Part shown: positions 47,849 through 55,563 of the stretch, in pieces
Position numbering within the stretch: position 1 is the first letter of the stretch
Layout of the letters: every line of letters begins with the position of its first letter
Source: Candidatus Heimdallarchaeota archaeon
GTDB taxonomy: Archaea; Asgardarchaeota; Heimdallarchaeia; Hodarchaeales; Hodarchaeaceae
Reading direction: 5' to 3'
Assembly (NCBI GenBank): GCA_048881705.1
Contig: JBHLSH010000014.1
Location: 1-55,563 of the forward strand
DNA length: 55,563 nt
Notes under the pieces: generated by a model
The model's database searches: none
What the model was told of the DNA's origin: nothing
What the model saw: the letters and a program-made list of their open reading frames with translations, nothing else
Translations under genes and position numbers: made by a program

Positions 47849-49372
47849 ATGTCGATCTCAAGGTATGCGCAGAGGTCTCGAAAGGGTGTTTTTTTGCAGG
47901 ATATGAGGTCCATTCTTCGTCAACTTCGCCATCCTTCGGGACCGGTCTCGAACATCCTTGTAGATCCATTTGTTCTAGATTTCTGCCAGTTTTGGGCTGA
48001 TATTTATGATCTAGTGCAACAAGAACGGATCCCCAAGATTTCTAAGACGGCAACCCTGACACGGTTGTTTCGAGACACACATACTCTTCCCTTTTACGAG
48101 AAATACAAAGCTTATGACTTCGTTGAGTGCTTCCCCGCATATTGGGATAGATTAGGTGCCATCTGTTTTCAATGGAAGGAGGGCTGGATCGCATTCCCCC
48201 TCCGGCTCATCACCTACGAGCTAGCTTATCCTCAGGAAAACCTGGTCAAAACCTACCTTCACCATCTTGCTACAGGCACCCTTCCTGGAGATCGTGAGAC
48301 CTTGTTTGCCTTTCTATTCCCGCGCCTTTACCAGTTCGCTCTTCCTCTCTCGGAATATGACGTAACTCTATTGAAAGGCTTTCAAATGGTCTTTGATCGG
48401 TGTGCGAATTTCTTCCGAGGACCAACCATAAAAGAATTCGTGACTCATCTTCCACATGTGACACCAGAGACGATTCGGAACAAGCTTGAGCATTTTCAGT
48501 TTTTTCAACTCGCAATTGACATGTTTTTTCCAGATATGGGGAAACTGGGATATGAAACCTATTTAATATCTCACGTCCGCTCCATCCCCGCTGAGCTGGA
48601 TCCGTATCGCCTATCGACAGTTAATTTTGGCCCAGAAAATCTTTCCCTTCTCCAGCTTCCCACTTCATCTTCAACTCTTTTTGCTCAGCTCCAGATTTTT
48701 ATTGAGCAGAATTCCCCTCCAGTTGCAATAATAGAACCGCTCACCTGGCGAACTCATTCATGGAATTTGACCTCCTTGACTGGGGGGAACCCCTATTGGG
48801 AACCTCCCGTGGAATTTTTTTACGGTGACTTACATACCGCTCCCAGTGTCTCTCCGCCTACCTTGGACATATCTGTTGTTCCTATGTTTGATCCTTTTCG
48901 TCCTTTAACTCCTGCTGATTTGAAATTATTAGGGTTCCTAACTACTGTCGGAAATACAATACGGATTAAAGATATATGTACGCAGCTGCAACTTCACCAT
49001 AAGACTGTCGTACAACTCATGGCAGAATATTGGGAGCACCAGCTACTCCACCGTGTTGTTCAGTTCTTTAATATTGGGCTCGATCTTACGGCATCACTGT
49101 ATCTTGATGTCCCTCGGGGGTCAGAATCCTTCCCGTTCCTTCAACAATGTTTGACCTTACCCCGAATTGACATGTTTCTCATAGAGGGTAAGACCTCTAC
49201 TACTTATTACGGTCACATTGATATACCAAGTATTTGGGTCAAGGATTTTGTGACTCGAATGCGGACGATTCGGGACGCTTTCCCAGATATCACTCTTCAT
49301 TATACGTTCGAACCACCTTCCCCTGCAAAGTGGAATCTATCCCTTCCACAGACCTATTCACATTTCGTTTAA
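47849..49372 (+). CDS. Asgard-type tandem Lrp/AsnC-like protein, 507 aa
   Basis: Two Lrp-like units: LSEYDVTLL...TPETIRNKLEHF...PDMGKLGY and LTPADLKLL...IKDICTQLQLHHKTVVQLM...FNIGLD. N-terminal extension of about 165 aa. Confidence 0.65.
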   Translation: MSISRYAQRSRKGVFLQDMRSILRQLRHPSGPVSNILVDPFVLDFCQFWADIYDLVQQERIPKISKTATLTRLFRDTHTLPFYEKYKAYDFVECFPAYWDRLGAICFQWKEGWIAFPLRLITYELAYPQENLVKTYLHHLATGTLPGDRETLFAFLFPRLYQFALPLSEYDVTLLKGFQMVFDRCANFFRGPTIKEFVTHLPHVTPETIRNKLEHFQFFQLAIDMFFPDMGKLGYETYLISHVRSIPAELDPYRLSTVNFGPENLSLLQLPTSSSTLFAQLQIFIEQNSPPVAIIEPLTWRTHSWNLTSLTGGNPYWEPPVEFFYGDLHTAPSVSPPTLDISVVPMFDPFRPLTPADLKLLGFLTTVGNTIRIKDICTQLQLHHKTVVQLMAEYWEHQLLHRVVQFFNIGLDLTASLYLDVPRGSESFPFLQQCLTLPRIDMFLIEGKTSTTYYGHIDIPSIWVKDFVTRMRTIRDAFPDITLHYTFEPPSPAKWNLSLPQTYSHFV

Positions 49373-49386
49373 TGCATACTTCTACT

Positions 49387-49563
49387 AAAAAAAGGGTGGA
49401 GAGCGAAAGCTCCCCACCACCTGCCAACACGATGCCCCCGGGGTGGCAGGGTTGGGTGAGACTAGGGATCGAGTTACTTCGCTCCAGATCTTAACCCTCT
49501 CCGAAGCGAGGCCAACCAATAGAGGAGGGGAGATCCCGAGGAAGTCATACTTTCCCTGTCACT
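49387..49563 (-). ncRNA. Candidate small structured transcript B (~175 nt), convergent on the 507-aa gene
   Basis: Follows TTATAT in repeat copy B. Contains a C(UUCG)G hairpin (49496-49511), a CCTGCCA/TGGCAGG stem (49420-49450) and a terminal 10-bp stem (49395-49418) with a U7 tract. Confidence 0.42.
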
Positions 49564-49615
49564 TTTCCCTAGATCCTACTTCAATATAAGCTCAAAGTCC
49601 CCATTTTTTGGTTAA
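49555..49615 (-). repeat. ~60-bp operator/TATA module, copy B
   Basis: Minus strand TTAACCAAAAAATGGGG-acttt-GAGCTTATAT-N20-AGTGACAGG. Shares identical 17-, 10- and 9-nt blocks plus CTAGG with copy A. Confidence 0.85.
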
Positions 49616-49788
49616 AAGAAGAACAATTTTTCTAGATTATCCTCCATCTCCAAATGCAGCCAATGGTGCAATGACATTCTACGATTATTGTTTAGCGGAG
49701 ATCGCACGAGGTATTGGATATTTCCTGGAGATACAATTTAACAGGTTTGTGTCCTCTCTAGATGAGTGATTGGAAGAATCGGTCATCC

Positions 49789-50745
49789 TCATCTCATTAA
49801 TCTCAAAAAATTCTGCCCATAAATCTTCTGTAATATCTTGGGAGCTAATTTGAGCCCTGAAAAATGTATCCCAAACGGGGCATCAGGGTCATCAAAAGGT
49901 AACTTGGTCTTCAAGGAAGTCTCCCAGAAAATTCTATGAGACCAAAAACGAGTGGCAAAGTACTCAGGATTCATTGGCGCCTCTGTTACATGGAGATCGG
50001 TTCCAAAGATGATCCTATCTTGATATTTTGTGATAAATTCAGTCGTTTGCCCATTGTTTTTTCCCAGCTCCCTTATCATCCATCGTGTCGATGCTGTATT
50101 AATATACAAGCCAGGATGATTGTCTAGAATTTTCCCCAATTCCGGCAAATTTTCCGGCCAACATCCGAAATGAGTAGCAAAGAATTTGATCTTAGGATAC
50201 CTTTTTTGAATTGTTAAAAAACGCCTAATGTGATCTATCTTTTGCCCGTATTTTTTGAGGTTCTGATAATGAAACAAATACCATAGATCTGGATCCGCGA
50301 TATGGGCACTAATTATATACCGATAATCTTCGAAACGTGAGAATACCGCTTCAAGCCTGTCATCTAATAAGTCGAATGGCCCATTTAGCTCGTTAAAATC
50401 TAAAAATCTTGGTGCTAACCACAATTTAAAGACTTCCACTCCATCCGAATAAGCCTGATCAATTTGCTTGAGTAATTCGGAGGTATTGTATTCTCCTAGG
50501 TTTTTGGTTGATAAAAATTGAGCAACGGTTGTTTTTTCTCGATACTCCTCAGGAATTTTGACGATCATCTCTGGGAGCATCATAGAAACAACAGAATAGT
50601 CATTAAAAAAGATATTAGCCCATTTGAAGAAAAAAGGAATTAATTTTTCGTTCCAAAAGTGTAGATGGGTATCTACAACGGGATTAACCCATGCATCTAA
50701 TCCATTTAGAGGATTTTGTAACGAAAACATTGGTTGATATGACAA
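49789..50745 (-). CDS. Amidohydrolase family protein (amidohydro_2-like)
   Basis: Metal-binding motifs VDTHLHF, AHIAD, THFG and IIFGTD. Confidence 0.85.
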   Translation of the reverse strand: MSYQPMFSLQNPLNGLDAWVNPVVDTHLHFWNEKLIPFFFKWANIFFNDYSVVSMMLPEMIVKIPEEYREKTTVAQFLSTKNLGEYNTSELLKQIDQAYSDGVEVFKLWLAPRFLDFNELNGPFDLLDDRLEAVFSRFEDYRYIISAHIADPDLWYLFHYQNLKKYGQKIDHIRRFLTIQKRYPKIKFFATHFGCWPENLPELGKILDNHPGLYINTASTRWMIRELGKNNGQTTEFITKYQDRIIFGTDLHVTEAPMNPEYFATRFWSHRIFWETSLKTKLPFDDPDAPFGIHFSGLKLAPKILQKIYGQNFLRLMR

Positions 50746-51184
50746 ATAACTTAGTTTAGATATTTTTTATGATTAATTACTCGAAGACGGTAAGGCGCTC
50801 TGAAATCAGCTCCTTAATATACACTTTTTGGGATCAAAGATGAAGCATTACACCTTTTTACTGTTATTTAGCTTGAAAGATTTGAGGAAATTTCATCTCC
50901 ACTGGCTGAATTAGAACTGGATAAGTATTCGCACGTGAATAGTCACTTTGAGCCTCACTCGCAAGTTCCAAATGAGTAGAGCTCTGTATCATCCTTCACC
51001 TTGGTGTAGGACAAAGAAAGGTCAATTGCTAAATAGAGAGGAATAACATTCACGTAGTAATTTTCTCTGTATCAGTTTTTTGATATTTCAAGCTGCCATT
51101 ACCTGCAAATCAATGGTTAAATAGGATCGTTTTGTCCCACCGCTCCACTCAAGATTGCTTGAGACATTCGTTTGAGGGTTTGCA

Positions 51185-52270
51185 GTGTATAAAGAAATTG
51201 CTAATAGAATAATAGAAGAGGCACTAAATATCGCAGAAGAAGATTCAGTCGTCATTTCTGCCTGGGAACATACGGTGGATTTCGCTAGCGCACTTGCCAG
51301 TGAAATTCAAAAAACTGGAGCTGACGTACTTATTTTAACAGAGACCGATGATCTGTATGTAAGTACACTGACTGAGCTTCCAGACAAGTTTCTTAGAAAA
51401 CCACAAAAATTGTCTATTGCTCTGCTTGATGCGCAGACCGTTGGTATAGCGACTCCTTATCCTAAAGATCCAGCGATTTTTGAAAAAATGCCCAAAGAAA
51501 GGTTTGGAATTCTTGGTGAAAGATTCATACCTTACGACAAGAAAAACATTGAACGAAAAGTACGCTCTATTGATATTCAAATCGGCCTTGTCACCCCAGA
51601 GAGAGCGAAGATTTATGGACTAGACTATGATTTCTGGATGGCCGAAATGACAGACAGTTTGGCGGTGAGCTACATGGAACTCAAAAAGTTTGGTACTCAG
51701 ATTGCAGAAAGGCTTGACAAGGCCCAAGAAGTGCATGTACAGGCATCTGGAGGAACTGATGTTAAATTTAAGGTTTCTGGTAGGAATGCTCACATATTTG
51801 ATGGAGTTGTTGACTCGGAGGATATCACCAAAGGGAGACGCACGGGGCGCTTGCCTGCAGGATCTGTTTCAATAGCTCCGCTAGAAACGAGTACCATGGG
51901 CAAAGTGGTAGCAAACATTCCAAAAGGGATGACCGCAAAATGGATAAAGAATCTTGAATGGAACTTTGAAGATGGTTTACTGAAAACCTGGAATGCTAGT
52001 GAGAATTTTGAGATTTGGGACAATTTTTACAAGGGTGGAACTGGAGACAAGAATCGTATTGCTGCATTTGACCTTGGTATCAACCCCAAAGCTAAAACAG
52101 GATTCTTCCATGATAGTATTGTGAAAGGAGTGGTAACAATTCGTATCGGGGACAATAAATATCTCGGTGGGGCCAATGAGGCATCAATTACTGATTTCTT
52201 ATCAATTACTGATGCTACAGTAAAATTAGATGGACAAATCATTCTGGAGAATGGACAATATCGTATTTAA
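51185..52270 (+). CDS. Peptidase M29 (aminopeptidase T/S-like) homologue with degenerate metal site
   Basis: Fold markers GTDVKF, LPAG and LGINP...IGDN..GGAN; several expected ligands are substituted. Confidence 0.75.
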   Translation: MYKEIANRIIEEALNIAEEDSVVISAWEHTVDFASALASEIQKTGADVLILTETDDLYVSTLTELPDKFLRKPQKLSIALLDAQTVGIATPYPKDPAIFEKMPKERFGILGERFIPYDKKNIERKVRSIDIQIGLVTPERAKIYGLDYDFWMAEMTDSLAVSYMELKKFGTQIAERLDKAQEVHVQASGGTDVKFKVSGRNAHIFDGVVDSEDITKGRRTGRLPAGSVSIAPLETSTMGKVVANIPKGMTAKWIKNLEWNFEDGLLKTWNASENFEIWDNFYKGGTGDKNRIAAFDLGINPKAKTGFFHDSIVKGVVTIRIGDNKYLGGANEASITDFLSITDATVKLDGQIILENGQYRI

Positions 52271-52383
52271 AGTACGTTTCTTCCCTCTTCTTCTTTTCTC
52301 CTTTTTCATCGTACTTCGATTGAATATGATCTACAGCACGGATTCTTCTTTAAGGATATTGGCGAACGATAGGGTTTAAAACA

Positions 52384-52959
52384 TCAATGGGAAATGAGGA
52401 GTGATGGTTTTCGAATTCCTATAAAGTTCATTACGTTCTCGCCAAGTAGTGCGAACGCTTGCGGGATGTTAACTCCTGTTTTTGCGGACGTTTCAATATA
52501 TGGACAGGTAAACCCCTGAGATTCAGTGAGCTTGCTCAGATTTTCTGAGAATAGCCAGCCATCTTGAGCGGAGATTGTTGAATCTGAAAGGGCCCGCATA
52601 TCGATCTTGTTAGCAACTACAACGAGAGGTACTCTACCTCGGCCATTGTTTATCCAGAGCTCATTGATCCACTTTGGTGAATTGTAAAAAGATTCAGGAC
52701 GAGTAACATCGTAAACCAATAGTCCCCCCACACAGCCCTGGTAATAAACTTCTCTTACAGAATCGAATCGGTTTTGTCCTGCCAAGTCCCAAATCTGGTA
52801 TCGGATTGGAACACCCCTTAGGGTATCGTCGTACATGGCAAAGTCGGCGCCAACCGTTAAATTATATTGTGTTGAAAATCCTCTTCCCAAAAAACGTTCA
52901 CGGATGGATGTTTTACCTACTCCACCGTCGCCTATTAATGCAATTTTATATACTGTCAT
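52384..52959 (-). CDS. Rab-like small GTPase (eukaryotic signature protein)
   Basis: G1 GDGGVGKT, G2 TVGADF, G3 WDLAGQ, RFDSVREVYYQG, G4 NKID and G5 ETSAKTG. No C-terminal cysteine. Confidence 0.92.
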   Translation of the reverse strand: MTVYKIALIGDGGVGKTSIRERFLGRGFSTQYNLTVGADFAMYDDTLRGVPIRYQIWDLAGQNRFDSVREVYYQGCVGGLLVYDVTRPESFYNSPKWINELWINNGRGRVPLVVVANKIDMRALSDSTISAQDGWLFSENLSKLTESQGFTCPYIETSAKTGVNIPQAFALLGENVMNFIGIRKPSLLISH

Positions 52960-53460
52960 TTTTGGCCTCTCGAATCTTATTTCGCTCGGAGATTTCTATT
53001 AAATCCGAAATGAGCCGTTCCTTCAAGCACTAAGTATTCCTGGGATTGACTCAGCTCGTTTTCAATAGATTTCCCATGCATGAAATATTCAACAACCGAA
53101 TTTAATAAAGAACTAAGTTCTTCAAAATTGACAGTTCTGACCGAATATTGTCACAATCGGGAATTATTGCAGGCTAGTTGCTTCTGGAACCATTATAGTT
53201 AAAGGATTCGGAATTCAGGAAAAGAAACCAATGGACTGGTTTTGGATCTAGATCCCGACAATAAAAAGATAAGACCATTTTCTATTAAGTGATCTAAGTA
53301 ACATAAATTCGATTTATCTGCATAAATTATCCAGTTTACAAAAAACTGTAACGCTGTACAAGGTCTCCAGACATCCTCGGAATTTTGTTGGTACTAGAAA
53401 TTCAGAACTTTTGTAAAAGTATTTTAGAACGTATCTCACGAAAATCAAGTAGGGTCATAA

Positions 53461-53700
53461 TTGGGACACGAAGTTAAATTTCATGCAAATCTTAATGAAT
53501 TTATCGAGCTTTGCTATCCCTTCTTAATCAGATATGAAGCGGAAAATAATCTCATATTTAATATCAGGACCAAATTGACAACAATTGAAGTGCCTGAATC
53601 AAATATAAGCGAGCAATCATTGCTTGATTCGATCGGAAAGCGTCATGTCTCGAATCCACTTATGGGCTCGAAAAACCTTTTTACCATGCTTATCAGCTAA
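53461..53700 (+). pseudogene. Probable 5' remnant of a two-domain GNAT acetyltransferase gene
   Basis: NLNEFIELCYPFLIRYEAENNLIFNI resembles the N-terminus of that family (F...PFL..EA.NNL). Similarity ends after about 35 aa, and the ORF then overlaps the 3' end of the convergent gene. Confidence 0.4.
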
Positions 53701-54780
53701 ACCATCCAGGAATTCCGTTAACTCCCCCAAATCCATCTGTTCTACTAATTCAAACGGTCCCCATGGATTATGATAATGGAGCTTCATTCCTTTGTCGATA
53801 TCTTGGACCGTAGCAATCTCTTCTTCCAAGACTTTTACCGCTTCATTAATCTGAACACGTATCAAATCCATAAGATCAAAATCTGCGGGATTCGACCGAT
53901 CAATGACCGGTCGCTTACCTTCTGGACGCCATTTATGGATTCCCTCCCCTGTTTTTCTCCCCAGTTTGTTTTCCTTCACTAGTTCGGATATTGTTCGAGT
54001 AGGAGTATATTCCCTGGAAAGGTGTTCTGCAAAGGATTTTGAACTATCATATATAACATCGAGTCCAATATAGTCAAGGAGCTCGTATGGTCCCATAATC
54101 ATACCCCAGTTCAAAGCAGCTGCATCGATTTTTTCTGGGGAATAATCCCCTTTATCGAGCATTAATTGAAGTAAAAGTACCGATGGTGCCATGATGCGAT
54201 TACATATGAACCCAGGACTATCTTTGGAAATGATATGGGATTTTCCAGTCTTCTTCGCGAAGGCAATAGCGAATTCCATTGTACCTTCAGAGGTTTCGTT
54301 CCCTCTCACGATCTCGATAACTTTCGCCAGAACTGGAGGAGGTGGAAAATGTAGTCCCACCACCTTATCAGGTCGTTGCGTCACACTCCCGATTTCTGTG
54401 ATGCTTAATGTCGATGTATTTGATGCTAGAATTGCATGTTTGGGTGAAAAGCGATCTAAAGTTTTGAAAATCTCTTTTTTTAGTTCTAACTTTTCAGGTA
54501 CTGCTTCAATGCAAAGAATGGTATTTTCAGCAGCTTTTTTAATGCTAGTGGTAGTTTCAAGGTTGTTAACGAGTTGATTATACGCTTTTTCAGTTATTTG
54601 TGCTTTAGTTACAAATTTTTTAAGGGACCATTCAATTAACGATTTTCCTTTGGCAAGGATCTCTTCATTAATGTCAACAAGAGAAGCCATATAATCTGAT
54701 AGTAGAGCTACTTCCGCTATGCCATGGCCCATGTGGCCTGCTCCTATGACTGCTATTTTACTCAAATTTTCCCTTTTCAC
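53617..54780 (-). CDS. 3-hydroxyacyl-CoA dehydrogenase with duplicated C-terminal domain
   Basis: AVIGAGHMGHGIA, IEAVPEKLELK, ASNTSTL, GLHF, PGFICNR, GPYELLDYIGLD and a second GPFEL unit. Confidence 0.9.
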   Translation of the reverse strand: MKRENLSKIAVIGAGHMGHGIAEVALLSDYMASLVDINEEILAKGKSLIEWSLKKFVTKAQITEKAYNQLVNNLETTTSIKKAAENTILCIEAVPEKLELKKEIFKTLDRFSPKHAILASNTSTLSITEIGSVTQRPDKVVGLHFPPPPVLAKVIEIVRGNETSEGTMEFAIAFAKKTGKSHIISKDSPGFICNRIMAPSVLLLQLMLDKGDYSPEKIDAAALNWGMIMGPYELLDYIGLDVIYDSSKSFAEHLSREYTPTRTISELVKENKLGRKTGEGIHKWRPEGKRPVIDRSNPADFDLMDLIRVQINEAVKVLEEEIATVQDIDKGMKLHYHNPWGPFELVEQMDLGELTEFLDGLADKHGKKVFRAHKWIRDMTLSDRIKQ

Positions 54781-55128
54781 TTTCGGCCCATCCTTTTCTG
54801 GTATAAATCGAATTGTCCATAGGATGTTTAAGAATCCACATCACGGTTTTAGCAGTTCAAAAAAACGTAGGTTAGTATTCTTTTGAAGGTCTCCGCTTTT
54901 TCAAAGATAGAAGAGCATGACCATAAATCACGATTCATTAGTTTTTAAGATTTAGGGGCCCATCTTCCAAAAAAGCTGATCTCAGACGTTTTACTGTTCC
55001 TCTTTCCCCTTTAATAATCCATATTTCAATGATAGGAATTTTTATTAAAATTCAAAAAAGATGGGGGGCTGAGGATTTTACATACTTATCACACACCTTC
55101 TTTTACTCAGTTTATCCAATTTATTTCA

Positions 55129-55515
55129 CTAATTGGTCATAAAAAGGCCTGCTAAAACGACTAGATTCCCTATTGCCGCTCCGACCTGGGTGTTCAAAGG
55201 AAACGAAGTAAACCAGATCCCGAACAACATGACCGAAAGAACAACCATTGCCAAAGCGACACCTTTCCACCAGCTTAACTCAAACCAAAACGCTCCTGCT
55301 ACCAATAAAAATCCGATGATAGCTACAAACCACAGGACAGAAACTAACTGGATAATTATCTTATCCAACTTGAGTTGTCCTGCTAATAACCACGATTCGT
55401 TTGTTGGCATCCCTGATAATGTTACCAAACTGGTGGTGTGCATTAGCCCGAGAGAATGGCCAATTCCATGTACAATAATTGCCAGCACAAAGAGAAGATT
55501 CCAATTCAATTCCAT
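55129..55515 (-). CDS. Hypothetical 4-TM membrane protein
   Basis: IVHGIGH motif and four hydrophobic helices. Confidence 0.7.
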   Translation of the reverse strand: MELNWNLLFVLAIIVHGIGHSLGLMHTTSLVTLSGMPTNESWLLAGQLKLDKIIIQLVSVLWFVAIIGFLLVAGAFWFELSWWKGVALAMVVLSVMLFGIWFTSFPLNTQVGAAIGNLVVLAGLFMTN

Positions 55516-55563
55516 TTTCTGTTATTCCTTTTTCGTTTTTTCGCTAATATGCTGTTTGATGTC

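Noticed and set aside
36346-52959. Functional link between the ICMT genes and the Rab-like GTPase (CAAX processing)
   Set aside because: The GTPase has no C-terminal cysteine, the genes are 14 kb apart, and no prenyltransferase is present.
1-55563. CRISPR array, tRNA/rRNA genes, transposase or integrase, rhodopsin
   Set aside because: I saw no regularly spaced repeat-spacer array, cloverleaf, DDE/tyrosine/serine recombinase motifs or 7-TM retinal-binding motif.

Overview
Probably a chromosomal segment of an Asgard archaeon, most likely Heimdallarchaeia/Hodarchaeales-like. This is inferred from a Rab-like GTPase, archaeal wHTH and tandem-Lrp regulators, zinc-ribbon membrane proteins and TATA-type promoters. 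Contents in order: (1) a 5'-truncated, membrane-anchored surface protein with about 45-48 TSP3-like Ca-binding repeats; (2) a tandem-Lrp/AsnC-like protein; (3) a type III R-M pair whose Res subunit appears to lack its nuclease domain; (4) an MFS transporter, ComD/ComE-like TPP decarboxylase subunits and an uncharacterised SelA-like PLP enzyme; (5) many small accessory genes; (6) a divergent carotenoid cluster (crtY-crtI and crtB) with a wHTH + B12-binding CarH-like regulator, a TspO-like protein and a periodic CATG array between the two arms; (7) ICMT-family genes, a pyrimidine-dimer glycosylase and an RPH-like phosphotransferase; (8) a second tandem-Lrp-like gene bracketed by two copies of a ~60-bp operator/TATA module, each heading a short hairpin-rich antisense segment; (9) an amidohydrolase, an M29 peptidase homologue lacking metal ligands, a Rab-like GTPase and a 3-hydroxyacyl-CoA dehydrogenase. 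I found no tRNA, rRNA, CRISPR array or transposase. The best candidates for an undescribed system are the tandem-Lrp gene with flanking small transcripts and the non-MerR B12 photoreceptor on an Asgard carotenoid operon. All family assignments come from motif recognition by eye; no database searches were run.
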